From an uncultured Candidatus Saccharibacteria bacterium (GTDB lineage Bacteria > Patescibacteriota > Minisyncoccia > Phycocordibacterales > UBA9973), in contig CAZUZL010000002.1 in assembly GCA_964625065.1 (NCBI GenBank), forward strand, positions 58,067 to 122,066: a stretch of 64,000 nt of DNA. The letters run 5' to 3'. Position 1 is the first letter of the stretch, and every line of letters begins with the position of its first letter. Shown one piece after another: positions 19,985-30,854 of the stretch. A program made the translations under genes and the position numbers. Below the pieces are notes generated by a model. That model did not search any database and was not told the DNA's origin. It worked only from the letters and a program-made list of their open reading frames with translations.

Positions 19985-20236
19985 TTATTTCTTTCCGGCA
20001 GCAACGCGCTTTTTGAAGCGGTCTACACGTCCAGCAGTGTCTAGAACAGTTTCTTTACCAGTGTAAAACGGGTGTGATGCACTTGTAATTTCAACGCGGT
20101 ACAATGGGTATTCTTTACCATCGAACTTTGTAGTTTCTTTTGTAGCAACTGTTGAAAGTGCCAAAAATTGCTTTTGGTTAGAGTTATCTTCAAACACCAC
20201 ATAGCGGTTGTTTGTTGGGTGGATTTCTTTCTTCAT
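19985..20236 (-). CDS. rpmE: 50S ribosomal protein L31 (type B, no CxxC).
   Basis: 83 aa beginning [19 protein letters not shown]. Confidence 0.8.
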   Translation of the reverse strand: MKKEIHPTNNRYVVFEDNSNQKQFLALSTVATKETTKFDGKEYPLYRVEITSASHPFYTGKETVLDTAGRVDRFKKRVAAGKK

Positions 20237-20254
20237 AGGTACGATAATAGCACG

Positions 20255-21658
20255 TTATTCTAAGGTTTGCAACTGGTCTATTGTGGCCTGGGTCTTCTTA
20301 GCTATAGCCATAACCGAGTCGCCATAAAACGCATTTGGTGGCTTACGGCCAGCCTGACATGCTGAACCAGAATAGTATTTACACGCAGCATTACGTTCGT
20401 TAGAATATGCGCCGCCAGCTGCACCGCGGTCTTGTAGGTATAGTGCGGTTGCCATTATGGCGTCTTCAGCGTTCCATGGACTAACAGCACCCTTACCTAG
20501 GGCAACAGCAATACGCGCCTTGTAACCGTTCCATGTTGGTGGAATAAACTGCGAAGGCCCCATGGCACCACCCCAGCCACCACCCGCAATTGGACATGAA
20601 AGTGGCGTACCTTCAGGACTTAGGCCAAGTTCGCCCACTATTTGTAGGTAGTCGTCTTGCCAGTTAGACTTTGCACGACCAGATGCAACTGCTTCAGGAC
20701 CAGGCATAATTACCTTCCAGTTTTTACTTGCTGGGTCGTTAGGGCGGTTACATGTACCTACATTTTTACCTAAACTAGATTCCTGTGTAATAATAGCCAG
20801 TATCATAGCTGGGCGTACACCAGTTTTTACACTAGCTTCCTTGGCATAACGTAGCGCGTCGCCAAATTCAATAGACTTTACGTCGCGAAGCGTAAACAGC
20901 TTACTTAGTATTGCCTGTTTTTGTTTTTGTTTTTCAGCAACAATTTGTTCGTAAGTTTTTTCTTGTGTTTTACTTTCGTTCAGTAAAACTTTTTTCTGAG
21001 ATTCTGTAAGTTCAACTTTTTTCTTTTGTTGTTCTAGTTCAACTTTGGCATCTAGTTGATCTGCCTTGTTGTTCTGTAGTGTTTGTTTTTCTACTTCTGT
21101 GTCAGATTTAACTTCTTTAACAACGTCTACGTGTTCTTTTAAGGAATTCTTTATCTGACTGAACGAATCTACATCATGGTAAAAATCAGAAACAGTTTGG
21201 CCTGAAAGTAATAGATGTATAGGTGTAGTGTTGTCTATTTCGCGTGTTTTGCGTAGTAGGTCTGAAATAGAGTCTTGAGTAGAACTTATTTTTTGACCAA
21301 GGTTGTTTATCTTGTCTTGGCGTTTACCTATTTCGGCTGTTAGTTTGGTTATAACCAGGTTACGGTTTTGTATTTCTAATTTTGCTTTGTTTATCTGGGC
21401 AGTTAGAACACTAATGTCCTTTGTTATAGAACCAGTTTTTTGTTTTTGTTTATTAAGTTCGGCTGTCCATTCGGCTATCTGTTTGTCTATGTCGTTAACT
21501 TCGTTTTGACATTGTTGGCGTTCTTCTGGACTAGAACTAAGTGTTAGGTCGGTTAGACAGTTAAATGCGTATACTGTAGGTGTATTGTAAAAAATACCAC
21601 CGGTACTGGTAACAATTAACATAATTATCATAAACATATGTACTATTTTCCGCATCAA
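20255..21658 (-). CDS. Membrane-anchored lytic murein transglycosylase (MltB-like) with N-terminal coiled coil.
   Basis: 467 aa with an N-terminal TM segment, a long coiled coil, and C-terminal SLT_2-like motifs (ITQESSLGKN, GAMGPSQFIPPTW). Confidence 0.7.
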   Translation of the reverse strand: MMRKIVHMFMIIMLIVTSTGGIFYNTPTVYAFNCLTDLTLSSSPEERQQCQNEVNDIDKQIAEWTAELNKQKQKTGSITKDISVLTAQINKAKLEIQNRNLVITKLTAEIGKRQDKINNLGQKISSTQDSISDLLRKTREIDNTTPIHLLLSGQTVSDFYHDVDSFSQIKNSLKEHVDVVKEVKSDTEVEKQTLQNNKADQLDAKVELEQQKKKVELTESQKKVLLNESKTQEKTYEQIVAEKQKQKQAILSKLFTLRDVKSIEFGDALRYAKEASVKTGVRPAMILAIITQESSLGKNVGTCNRPNDPASKNWKVIMPGPEAVASGRAKSNWQDDYLQIVGELGLSPEGTPLSCPIAGGGWGGAMGPSQFIPPTWNGYKARIAVALGKGAVSPWNAEDAIMATALYLQDRGAAGGAYSNERNAACKYYSGSACQAGRKPPNAFYGDSVMAIAKKTQATIDQLQTLE

Positions 21659-21675
21659 TATAGTATACCATATAA

Positions 21676-21702
21676 AAACCCAGAAAAAAATCTGGGTTTT
21701 TA
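21676..21702 (-). terminator. Terminator downstream of rplY.
   Basis: aaaacccagaaaaaaatctgggttttt. Confidence 0.6.
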
Positions 21703-21748
21703 TATTTATTGTATTTACTCTGCTGCTTGTCGGGTAGTGAAGTTACTT

Positions 21749-22393
21749 CTACTCCCCGGCTGCTTCGCCTTCTGATTCTTCTTCTTTCTTACCTTTCTTT
21801 TCTACTTCGATGTTAGCAATGTCTACTGGAGCTGATTCTTCTTTTTCTTCTACTAGTTGTGCTATCAAAGCAACAACTTCGTCAGCACCTGTTAATATAG
21901 TTACACCGGCTGGAACAACAATGTCTGAAACGTGTATTTTGTCTTGGTTTGTTACCAAACTTTCGATAGATACATGTAATGCGTGTGGAAGGTCTTTAGG
22001 TAGGGCTTCGATTTCAACTTCGTGAACGATTTTAACCAATGAACCTGTGCCAGATTTAACAGCTGGTGAAACACCTTCGAATTCAACAGGAACCATAACA
22101 GTAATTTTCTTCTTCATGTCGATAGCTAAAAAGTCTACGTGTATAGCATGGCCACGGATCGGGTCGCGGTGTACGTCTTGGACCAATACACTATATGTGT
22201 GTCCGTCTACTGTTAAGTCGACAACTTCAGATTCGCCAACTTGGGCAAATACTTTTTTAAAATCAGCTGCTGGAACAGAAACAATTGTGTTTTCTATACC
22301 AGCGCCATAGACAACTGCTGGAACCATACCGTTACTTCGTACGGTTGCCAACAAATCTGCCTTACTTCGCTTTATTGCAGTTAATGTATTCAT
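21749..22393 (-). CDS. rplY: 50S ribosomal protein L25/general stress protein Ctc.
   Basis: L25 N-terminal domain (MNTLTAIKRSKADLLATVRSNGMVPAVVYG) with an acidic, Lys-rich C-terminal tail. The ORF-track start is 22429; I prefer the internal Met at 22393. Confidence 0.75.
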   Translation of the reverse strand: MNTLTAIKRSKADLLATVRSNGMVPAVVYGAGIENTIVSVPAADFKKVFAQVGESEVVDLTVDGHTYSVLVQDVHRDPIRGHAIHVDFLAIDMKKKITVMVPVEFEGVSPAVKSGTGSLVKIVHEVEIEALPKDLPHALHVSIESLVTNQDKIHVSDIVVPAGVTILTGADEVVALIAQLVEEKEESAPVDIANIEVEKKGKKEEESEGEAAGE

Positions 22394-22553
22394 AGGCACT
22401 AGGTTACCACAAAAACCCCAATAAGGCAAATATGGTAACTACAATAATCTATCTAATAAAACCATTTGCAAATCTTACAAATATGTGTTATTGTTTTAAA
22501 AGTTTTCGAGCCCTAAAAAGCTTATTCTTTCAATTTTAAAAATTTTTATTTAA

Positions 22554-23090
22554 ATGAGTTCACAAAAAATTAACTTACTAATGCACACTGACAAAGTGTT
22601 CCATGATGAATTAGGCAAACTTTTGACCTACCCGCAACAGTGGATGCTACCCTATGACCTGTATAAATCAGGCTACGTGGAGCAAAATCTGGTAGCGGTT
22701 ATGGTAACAATTTCTGAGGTAAACGGAGAATTTAAACCGTTATCAAAAATAATTGAGATTGAATTATACCACATGGGCATAGATCCTAAAAAGCGTGAGA
22801 GACATTTGACTGCAAAATTTATCACCAATGCACAAACAGTGGAGGAATTTTTGAAACATAGTAGTTTCGGAACAAAAACCTCGATACCTAAATCTGGTGA
22901 TATTACAAAACTTTTCCGTGATTCGCCTTATGTACTTCAAAAATCTGTCATGGTGGTGCTGAAGTATTTGCAAAGTAAAAAACTCGCAAAAAAATCAGAC
23001 TTCTTTGAAAACATTTGGCATTCATTTGAATTAAACAAAAAAGCAACCGTACCAGAATTCATGAAGTTGGTGCAGCAGTTGTTAAAATAA
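22554..23090 (+). CDS. Hypothetical protein.
   Basis: 178-aa ORF, the only plus-strand gene in this neighbourhood. No motif I recognise. Confidence 0.45.
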   Translation: MSSQKINLLMHTDKVFHDELGKLLTYPQQWMLPYDLYKSGYVEQNLVAVMVTISEVNGEFKPLSKIIEIELYHMGIDPKKRERHLTAKFITNAQTVEEFLKHSSFGTKTSIPKSGDITKLFRDSPYVLQKSVMVVLKYLQSKKLAKKSDFFENIWHSFELNKKATVPEFMKLVQQLLK

Positions 23091-23144
23091 CAACTCCAAT
23101 CAAAACAAAGCCCCAATGTCGTAGAACATTGGGGCTTTTTAATT

Positions 23145-24890
23145 TTAAACTTTATGCGACAGGTCGTGTTTTTCTTTAATAATATGTTCACGAATGTATG
23201 TAACTGTGCCGCCAACTTTTTTGCCTGGGTTTAGTATATTAGATGGGTCAAAAATGTTTTTAGTTTTTTGGAACAAACTTACAACATAGTCGCCAAACAT
23301 TTGTGCTAGGTACGGTGTGCGTATTATGCCGTCGTTATGTTCGGCAGTTGTAGAACCACGGTATTCTAAAACCAGGTCGTAAACTTTTTTAGAAAGTTCA
23401 ATAATAATATCCGCAGTTTCAGGTAATGAAAAATCCATTAGCGGAATAATGTGGAAGTTACCGTTACCCGCGTGGCCGGCAATAGTGTATGTTATCGGGT
23501 ACTGGTTTAGTATAGTACGTAGTTTCGGTAAAAATTCTGGCAAAACTTGTGGTGGTACTATAATGTCGTCTATAAATGGTGCGGTATGTTTGTCCTTTAT
23601 ATGCTTACGTAGTAATGCAAAACTTTCTCGGCGTATGTCCCAGTATTTGTCCGCATCTGTTTTGTTTCTTGTTATACGGGTTTTATATTTAAATGGTTTT
23701 ATTGCATTTACTAGGTCGATAGCTTGTTTGTCTACAACAGACTGTACAGAACCAGCAAATTCAACCAGTAAAATAAGTTTTGGCATACCACCTGCTAGCA
23801 TCATTATAGCTTCTGGCCAAAAACTCCACATAAACTTTAACATGCCCCATACGCCTTTAGTTTTTAAAAAGTCTGGGAAGAATTTTATTGCCAGCTTCAT
23901 AGTAGCATCGTCGTAACTTTCTATACTTTCTGGTTTGTGTGGCAATATAGCGTCGACAAGTTCGCCTAGACGAGACAAGTCTTTCATAAAGATAACTGCA
24001 AGTTTAGAAACAGGTTTTGTACGAACAAGGTGGAATGTAATACCAGTTACAATGCCCAGTGTACCCTGTGAACCAACTATAATTTTAGTTAAATCAAAAA
24101 TATCTTTTTCTGCATCGTATACATTCCATAGATAGTAACCAGCCGAGTTTTTTGAAACTTGTGGCTTGGCACTTTTAATAACCATTTCATTGTCTTTGAT
24201 AAGGTTGTAGATTTCCTTATACACAGAACCTTCGAAATCAATTTGTGCAATTTTATTATACAATTCCTTTTTACTTAATGGTTTTACAACGTATTCATAA
24301 CCATCTGCAAAAACAACTTTTAGTTCAGCTACATAGTCTTCGGTTTTACCGTACTGCAATGTTTTTTCACCAGCAGAATTATTACCTACCATACCACCCA
24401 TGGCATTTATAGATTTAGACGCTGTGTAGCATGGCAACAACAAACCCTTTTCTAATGTTGCAGTTTCAAAGTTGCGGTAATATACACCAGGCATAACGGA
24501 TACGCGCCCTGAAATAGTTACTGGGTGTGCGTTTGGGTATTTGGGTGTAATACTAAATTCGTTTACAGTTTCAACCGGACCGATAGTGTTCATATAGCGC
24601 ATAAAGTCCATAACTATAGATTCGCCTATTGCACCACCTGACATACATGTACCAGCGGAACGTGGTGTTATAGAATACCTGTTACCCTCTAGGCCTTGCC
24701 TAGCGGAAGCTTCATTTTGTTCTTTAACCCATTTTACAACAGCACATACATCAGCAGGGTTTTTAGGAAAAACAACAACTTGTGGGCGTATTTCTAACAA
24801 ACTCGCGTCGTGCGAATAAGTAGTCAGAACTTCGTCAGAATTCTCTACGTCACCTTTTATTATTTTTTTAAGTTCTAAAACAATATCCAT
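23145..24890 (-). CDS. FAD-linked oxidase (GlcD/D-lactate dehydrogenase-like).
   Basis: 581 aa with FAD_binding_4-like N-terminal half and FAD-oxidase C-terminal half. Confidence 0.7.
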   Translation of the reverse strand: MDIVLELKKIIKGDVENSDEVLTTYSHDASLLEIRPQVVVFPKNPADVCAVVKWVKEQNEASARQGLEGNRYSITPRSAGTCMSGGAIGESIVMDFMRYMNTIGPVETVNEFSITPKYPNAHPVTISGRVSVMPGVYYRNFETATLEKGLLLPCYTASKSINAMGGMVGNNSAGEKTLQYGKTEDYVAELKVVFADGYEYVVKPLSKKELYNKIAQIDFEGSVYKEIYNLIKDNEMVIKSAKPQVSKNSAGYYLWNVYDAEKDIFDLTKIIVGSQGTLGIVTGITFHLVRTKPVSKLAVIFMKDLSRLGELVDAILPHKPESIESYDDATMKLAIKFFPDFLKTKGVWGMLKFMWSFWPEAIMMLAGGMPKLILLVEFAGSVQSVVDKQAIDLVNAIKPFKYKTRITRNKTDADKYWDIRRESFALLRKHIKDKHTAPFIDDIIVPPQVLPEFLPKLRTILNQYPITYTIAGHAGNGNFHIIPLMDFSLPETADIIIELSKKVYDLVLEYRGSTTAEHNDGIIRTPYLAQMFGDYVVSLFQKTKNIFDPSNILNPGKKVGGTVTYIREHIIKEKHDLSHKV

Positions 24891-24895
24891 AAATT

Positions 24896-25780
24896 TTATT
24901 GAATATGGTTAAACAATTTTAATCTGTCGTATACAACAGTCTGTATTGCGTCTACTGCTGGTTGTAATAGTTTATATGGGGCAACTTCGTTTGGGTGTTC
25001 GGCTATAGATTGTTTTAGCGCTTCGTCGAATGCAACACGTATTTCAGTGTTTATATGCACTATAGCAATACCCGCCTTTATACCATTTGTAAAATCTTCG
25101 TCGCGTAAACCAGAACCACCGTGTAATACCAAAGGCAAGCCTGTTACCTTTTTAATTTCAGCCACCAGTTCTGCATCTATGTGTGGTTTACCACTTTTTA
25201 TTAAACCATGGATACTACCTACAGAAGGTGCCAACATGTCTATACCAGTTGCGTCGGCAAATTCTTTGGCTTCTGTTGGTGTAGTTTTAATACCAGCGCC
25301 TTCGGGTATAGTTTCCTTGATATTAGAACCTGACCCGATGTAGCCTATTTCAGCTTCAACTAATATGTCGCGGTTTTCAAACTGGGCAACACTACGTGCG
25401 TATTCTACAACTTGTTTAGTCATGGCAATGTTTTCTTCGTGTGGTTTGTCAGCGCCGTCTATAATAACAGCATCAAAACCAGAATCTATAGCCAGTTTTG
25501 CGCGTTCGAAACTATAATGGTGGTCGGCATTTAAAAATATCGGATATTGGTCAGTTTCGCGGATTTGTTTTATCATACCCACGGCTTCAGCGCGACCAAC
25601 AAAATCTTCTTCACCTTCTGAAAGACCAATAATAACAGGGATAGTTATACCAGAATCTGTTGTAAGTTTTTTCGCGGCATTATATATACCGTGCAAACCC
25701 TCGAGATTAGAAATATTAAAATGTCCTATGGCTACACCTTTATCTTGGGCTTCGTGTACATATTCGCGTAATGTTTTCAT
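24896..25780 (-). CDS. fba: Class II fructose-bisphosphate aldolase.
   Basis: 294 aa. Metal-dependent aldolase motifs (HFNISNLEGL, VLHGGSG). Confidence 0.75.
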   Translation of the reverse strand: MKTLREYVHEAQDKGVAIGHFNISNLEGLHGIYNAAKKLTTDSGITIPVIIGLSEGEEDFVGRAEAVGMIKQIRETDQYPIFLNADHHYSFERAKLAIDSGFDAVIIDGADKPHEENIAMTKQVVEYARSVAQFENRDILVEAEIGYIGSGSNIKETIPEGAGIKTTPTEAKEFADATGIDMLAPSVGSIHGLIKSGKPHIDAELVAEIKKVTGLPLVLHGGSGLRDEDFTNGIKAGIAIVHINTEIRVAFDEALKQSIAEHPNEVAPYKLLQPAVDAIQTVVYDRLKLFNHIQ

Positions 25781-25843
25781 GGTTACATTATACCCTGCGA
25801 CAATGTTTTAACCAAACATAAAAACCTATGATATAATAACGTA

Positions 25844-26854
25844 ATGGAAAATAATAATTCTGAAAAAATACAATTTTTAGCAATCGGCGACGTTGTAACC
25901 GAACCTTTTATAAAATTAAAAGACGCACAAGTTACATGCCAACTTGACCACGAAAACTGCACATTATCTATGCGCTATGGCGACAAAATACCTTACGAAT
26001 CAGTAACACTATGCCGTGCTGTTGGTAACAGTGCAAATGCAGCAGTTGCTGCAGCACGCCTGGGTGTAAAAAGTGCACTTATGTCATACATAGGTGACGA
26101 CGAAATAGGTCGTGGCAATATAGAGGAACTGAAGAAGAATAATGTTATAACAGACTACATGGTAACTGCACCTGGGTATACATCGAACTACCATTTTGTA
26201 TTATGGTACGATGTGGACCGTACAATTCTGATTAAACACACTGAATTCCCATACGAATTTCCGATGGATTTGGCAGAACCAGAATGGATATACTTTTCTT
26301 CTATAGCAGACAACACACTGCCCTACCACCTACAAATGACAGAGTACCTAAAACAACACCCAAACGTTAAACTTGCATTCCAACCAGGAACATTCCAAAT
26401 AAAACTTGGTGCAAAAGTTTTAGCAGAATTATACCAACACACAGAAGTACTTTTCTGTAATAAAGAAGAAGCACAACGCATACTAGAAACCCCAGACGAA
26501 CACGACATGGCAGTACTGATAAAAAACCTGCACGACATAGGCCCGAAAAAAGTTGTAATAACTGACGGGGCAAAAGGTCTGGACGCATCAGACGGTGTAA
26601 ATGTATACACACTAACAGAATACCCAGACATAGCCCCACCAGTAGAACGTACTGGTGCCGGCGACGCAACAAGTTCGACCATTGTAGCCATGATGGCAAC
26701 AGGTATGTCGTTCAAAGACGCGTTACGCTATGGGCCAGTAAACTCGATGTCAGTTGTACAACACATAGGTGCCCAGGCAGGTTTGCTAAACCGAGAAAAA
26801 TTAGAAGAATACTTAAAACAAGCACCCGAAGACTACACCGTAGTAAAACTATAA
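25844..26854 (+). CDS. PfkB-family carbohydrate kinase.
   Basis: 336 aa with C-terminal TGAGDATSS motif. TATAAT lies 6 nt before the ATG. Confidence 0.7.
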   Translation: MENNNSEKIQFLAIGDVVTEPFIKLKDAQVTCQLDHENCTLSMRYGDKIPYESVTLCRAVGNSANAAVAAARLGVKSALMSYIGDDEIGRGNIEELKKNNVITDYMVTAPGYTSNYHFVLWYDVDRTILIKHTEFPYEFPMDLAEPEWIYFSSIADNTLPYHLQMTEYLKQHPNVKLAFQPGTFQIKLGAKVLAELYQHTEVLFCNKEEAQRILETPDEHDMAVLIKNLHDIGPKKVVITDGAKGLDASDGVNVYTLTEYPDIAPPVERTGAGDATSSTIVAMMATGMSFKDALRYGPVNSMSVVQHIGAQAGLLNREKLEEYLKQAPEDYTVVKL

Positions 26855-26860
26855 AATAAA

Positions 26861-26888
26861 ACACCTCGCATATGCGAGGTGTTTTATT
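26861..26888. terminator. Bidirectional terminator.
   Basis: aaaacacctcgcatatgcgaggtgtttt. Confidence 0.6.
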
Positions 26889-26894
26889 TTATTA

Positions 26895-27587
26895 TTAAAC
26901 AGTTTGTTCTATTGTTGTTTCCGAGACTGTAACTGTTTCTGTTGTTGTAATTGTAGGTGTATGCTCTACAATGTTTGTGGTGTCCATGGCACCAGTACTA
27001 CCTGCTTCAAAATTTTTCTTAACATCTTCATAGAATTTTGCGCGAGTCGCTTGTATATAAGGTGCTAGCCATATAAAACCGATACCAAGTGTTAGTACAC
27101 ATAACAATGCCCAACCTATAAAACGAAGCCCAAGGTAGAACAACTTTGCTTTGTTTCCATACATCATTTTCTTACTTTTGCGAAGTGCTTCTAGTGGTTT
27201 TAAATTTGGTTCGTCAACTAATATGTAATACACCAGAGAATAACTGTATGCAGCTATAATACCAGGTATAATCAGCAGCAAAGTCCATAGCATTACGAAC
27301 AATACACACAATAGGTATGTTCCAAGTGTTCTGCCGTAGTGGTTAAAACCATCAAAAATATTATTTACAGATGCTTCTTTACCTCTTGAAAGGTTTAAGA
27401 AAAATACTGCCATACCAAACATAAATGCACCTGTTATAAAATATGTCGCCAAAAAACCTATAACTGGTATAAGCTGAACAACCATAACGATAACAACTGA
27501 CAATAAACTAGCACCAATTGCCTTACCCCAATTACCTTTTAATGTTTCGCGCGCTTGTGCCATTAGCACTTTGTTTTCTGTTTTCAT
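26895..27587 (-). CDS. DUF975-like integral membrane protein.
   Basis: 230 aa with several TM helices and a C-terminal Thr-rich tail. Confidence 0.5.
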   Translation of the reverse strand: MKTENKVLMAQARETLKGNWGKAIGASLLSVVIVMVVQLIPVIGFLATYFITGAFMFGMAVFFLNLSRGKEASVNNIFDGFNHYGRTLGTYLLCVLFVMLWTLLLIIPGIIAAYSYSLVYYILVDEPNLKPLEALRKSKKMMYGNKAKLFYLGLRFIGWALLCVLTLGIGFIWLAPYIQATRAKFYEDVKKNFEAGSTGAMDTTNIVEHTPTITTTETVTVSETTIEQTV

Positions 27588-27828
27588 GGACGCAGTATAC
27601 TACAAAGCAGAAAATAAAACCACAGAACTAGTCTAGATTAGTAGAATTAAAACTTTTTTCTAAGTTGTCAGAAAAAGCATTTGCAGAATGTATAATAAAC
27701 ATAGCAAGTAAACAACTTACCACTACTATCAGCAACATACTGTAGATCAAATTTACCTGCTTTTTCATATAGACTTAATTATAAAACGGCTTGGAAATAA
27801 AGGCAATATGTGGTATAATAGCACCTAC

Positions 27829-29100
27829 ATGTCGATTATACTTATACTGTTTTATATGCTTACTTTTTTGGCCGTCTTTGTACAGGTCTTCTTCTTAGTA
27901 ACATATTTTGAAAACCGTAAAAAAATAGTTATACGTAGCGGGCCCATAGAACTGGCCCACTACCCTACTGTTACCGTTATAGTACCGTGCTATAACGAAG
28001 AAAAAACTGTTTCGATAACAGTAGACTCGTTGTTAGCCATGTCGTACCCTGCAGACAAACTACGCATTATAGTTGTAGACGACGGTTCGAAAGACGGAAC
28101 ATGGGAAGCATTACAACAATACAAAGACAACGCCCGTGTTGAAATATACAAAAAACAAAATGGTGGCAAACACACAGCACTAAACTTTGGTTTAGAACAT
28201 ACAACTAGCGAACTTGTTGGCTGTTTAGATTCAGATTCTTCTGTACACCCAGAAGCATTGAAACGCATTGTTACTGTTTTCGACAACCCTAAAACCATGG
28301 CCGTAGCACCGTCTATAGTTGTACGCGACCCTAAAACCATAACCGAATACGCACAACGTGCCGAATACGACATGGCACACTACAACAAAAAAATGCTGGC
28401 ATTTATGGAAGGCATACATGTTACACCTGGGCCTTTTTCTATTTTCCGTAAAAAAGTTTTTGACCAAATCGGACCATACCGTAAAGCCCACCAAACCGAA
28501 GACCAAGAAATAGCACTGCGTATGCACAAACACGGTTTAGCTATAGACCACTGCCCTGATGCATATGTGTACACAAAAGGCCAACAAAGCATACCTAAAC
28601 TTTACCGCCAACGTGTACGCTGGATTTATGGTTTTATTAAAAATGCACAAGACTACCGTGAACTAATATTCCGACCAAAATATGGTGCAGTTGGCATGTT
28701 TACCATACCATCAGGACTTATATCAGTTTCTGCAACACTGGTACTACTTACGTTTATGGTGTCACGTATATACACATACGTAAGCCATAAAGCCATGCAA
28801 CTAAGTACAGTTGGTTTTGGTTCGTTTACACGCCCAAACTTTTCTTTTGATTTATTTTATGTTGATACGCGCGCGTTCTTGTTTTTATCTATAATGTTGT
28901 ATATATTAATAGTCGTTGCCCTACTAAACGGACGTCGTATGATATATGGGCGTAAGGCACTATCTTGGGACATAGCTTTGTTTTTTATTGTATACACCAT
29001 AGTTGCCCCGTTTTGGGTGCTAAAAGCAATATGGAACGCAGTAACTAGACACGAAGCTAGTTGGACAGACGAAAGAGATTATTCACTAAAACAAATTTAA
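27829..29100 (+). CDS. Family 2 glycosyltransferase (membrane-bound; cellulose/chitin-synthase-like topology).
   Basis: GT-A motifs (VIVPCYNEE, DDGSKDGT, DSD). QRVRW-like motif QRVRWIYGF. I chose the start at internal Met 27829 (MSIILI) because TATAAT lies at 27814-27819. Confidence 0.75.
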   Translation: MSIILILFYMLTFLAVFVQVFFLVTYFENRKKIVIRSGPIELAHYPTVTVIVPCYNEEKTVSITVDSLLAMSYPADKLRIIVVDDGSKDGTWEALQQYKDNARVEIYKKQNGGKHTALNFGLEHTTSELVGCLDSDSSVHPEALKRIVTVFDNPKTMAVAPSIVVRDPKTITEYAQRAEYDMAHYNKKMLAFMEGIHVTPGPFSIFRKKVFDQIGPYRKAHQTEDQEIALRMHKHGLAIDHCPDAYVYTKGQQSIPKLYRQRVRWIYGFIKNAQDYRELIFRPKYGAVGMFTIPSGLISVSATLVLLTFMVSRIYTYVSHKAMQLSTVGFGSFTRPNFSFDLFYVDTRAFLFLSIMLYILIVVALLNGRRMIYGRKALSWDIALFFIVYTIVAPFWVLKAIWNAVTRHEASWTDERDYSLKQI

Positions 29101-29108
29101 ATTAATTT

Positions 29109-29801
29109 ATGAAAAACGATTGGGGCAGATACATAGTAGTTTTCTTTATAACAGTAGCATTGTTTGCTGTTGCTGGCGGACTGTCAAACTTTTTTTCTAA
29201 TAAAAAAGTAGAATCTATTCGTGTTGCTCAGGACAAACTTTCTACAGACATACTGTCTTCTGAAACACAGTTTGCCCTACTGTCTGAACTTTCATGTACC
29301 CAAGACGACGGTGAAGAAAACCTTTCCGCAGAACTTAGTGACTTGTCTGACAAAATAGAATACAGCGACAAAAACCTAAAAGGTAACGCCGACGCACTAC
29401 AGCTAAAACGCTACTATTCTTTACTTGAAATAAAAGACTACCTACTGACTAAAAAAATAAACGAACGTTGTGGTTTAAAACGTATACCAGTACTTTACTT
29501 TTATACAACAGCTGAAAACTGTACAGAATGTACAAAACAAGGTTACGTGTTAACAGAACTACGCAACAAATACCCCAACATGCGCGTGTATTCGTTTGAC
29601 TACAGTTTAGACCTATCTGCACTGCGTGCCCTACTTAAAATATACCGCATAGAAGACACTAAACTACCAGCTATGGTTATAAACGAACATAAAGTTACAG
29701 GTTTCCAGTCTGTAGAAGACATTGAAAAAATAGAACCTAAAATACTAAAAATCGAAGCCCAGAAAAAAACTACAACTGACACTGCTACAAAAACACAATA
29801 A
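29109..29801 (+). CDS. Membrane-anchored thioredoxin-like protein with CxxC.
   Basis: 230 aa with an N-terminal TM segment and a CTEC motif in YFYTTAENCTECTKQGY. Probably co-transcribed with the GT2 gene. Confidence 0.45.
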   Translation: MKNDWGRYIVVFFITVALFAVAGGLSNFFSNKKVESIRVAQDKLSTDILSSETQFALLSELSCTQDDGEENLSAELSDLSDKIEYSDKNLKGNADALQLKRYYSLLEIKDYLLTKKINERCGLKRIPVLYFYTTAENCTECTKQGYVLTELRNKYPNMRVYSFDYSLDLSALRALLKIYRIEDTKLPAMVINEHKVTGFQSVEDIEKIEPKILKIEAQKKTTTDTATKTQ

Positions 29802-29807
29802 AAAAAT

Positions 29808-29845
29808 AAAAGCGATTATATAAATATAATCGCTTTTATTTTTTT
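29808..29845. terminator. Bidirectional terminator.
   Basis: aaaaaataaaagcgattatataaatataatcgcttttattttttt. Confidence 0.6.
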
Positions 29846-29849
29846 ATTT

Positions 29850-30854
29850 TTATAAAATTTCTTTTACTTTTGATATTATTCCGTCTACACCCATACCGTA
29901 GTGTTCTATCAGTTCTGCTGGTGTGCCTGACTGACCAAACCTATCGTTAACGCCTACAAACCCCATATGCACTGGGTGGTTTTTAGCCAAGCATTCGGCC
30001 ACTGCACTGCCCATGCCGCCGGCAATTTGGTGTTCCTCCACAGTTACAATTTTACCTGTTTCTATTGCTAGTTTTGTTACAGCTTCAACATCAAGTGGTT
30101 TTATTGTTGCCAGGTTCATAACCTTAACATTTATACCTTCTTGTTCTAATTTACTTGCAGCCAGTAGAGCCTTGTGTACCAATGCACCTGTAGCAATAAT
30201 ACCCACGACGGCTTTGCCATTTTTCGGTTCAAACATTATTTGTGCCTTACCTAAAACAAAAGGTGTGTCAGTAGTTGTAATGATAGGTGTTTTCTCGCGA
30301 GCTAAACGTAGATATGCAGGTTTACCAAGCGCCGCTAGTGCCAGTGTAGCTTTCTTCGATTCATTAGCGTCACAAGGCGAAACCACGATCATGTTTGGTA
30401 TAACACGAGTTATGGCAATGTCCTCTATTGCCTGGTGTGTACCACCGTCTGGACCTACAGAAACACCAGCATGACTACCGGCAATAATTACCCCGCGGTC
30501 GTTGTAGGCTATAGTTGTACGAATCTGTTCCCAGTTTCTACCTGGACTAAACATTGCATAAGAAGATATAAAAGGTATTTTACCCATTGCTGCCATACCG
30601 GAGGCCACAGATGCCAAGTTTTGTTCTGCAATTCCTACTTGTATAAAACGGCTTGGAAATGTGTCTCGGAACAAATGCATTTGCGTAGACTCGGTCAAAT
30701 CTGCGCATAAACCAACAACACGTTCGTCTAACTTGCCTGCCTCGAGCAATCCGTCACCAAAACCTTTACGTATTGGAACTTGTTCCACAGAGTCGGAAAA
30801 TAGATTTTCATTAAGTTTTAAATCTGGGTTTAGCATAAATTTATTGGTGTTCAC
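29850..30854 (-). CDS. Transketolase C-terminal subunit (split tkt).
   Basis: 334 aa with Pyr and C-terminal transketolase domains. Overlaps the N-terminal subunit gene by 14 nt. Confidence 0.8.
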   Translation of the reverse strand: MNTNKFMLNPDLKLNENLFSDSVEQVPIRKGFGDGLLEAGKLDERVVGLCADLTESTQMHLFRDTFPSRFIQVGIAEQNLASVASGMAAMGKIPFISSYAMFSPGRNWEQIRTTIAYNDRGVIIAGSHAGVSVGPDGGTHQAIEDIAITRVIPNMIVVSPCDANESKKATLALAALGKPAYLRLAREKTPIITTTDTPFVLGKAQIMFEPKNGKAVVGIIATGALVHKALLAASKLEQEGINVKVMNLATIKPLDVEAVTKLAIETGKIVTVEEHQIAGGMGSAVAECLAKNHPVHMGFVGVNDRFGQSGTPAELIEHYGMGVDGIISKVKEIL

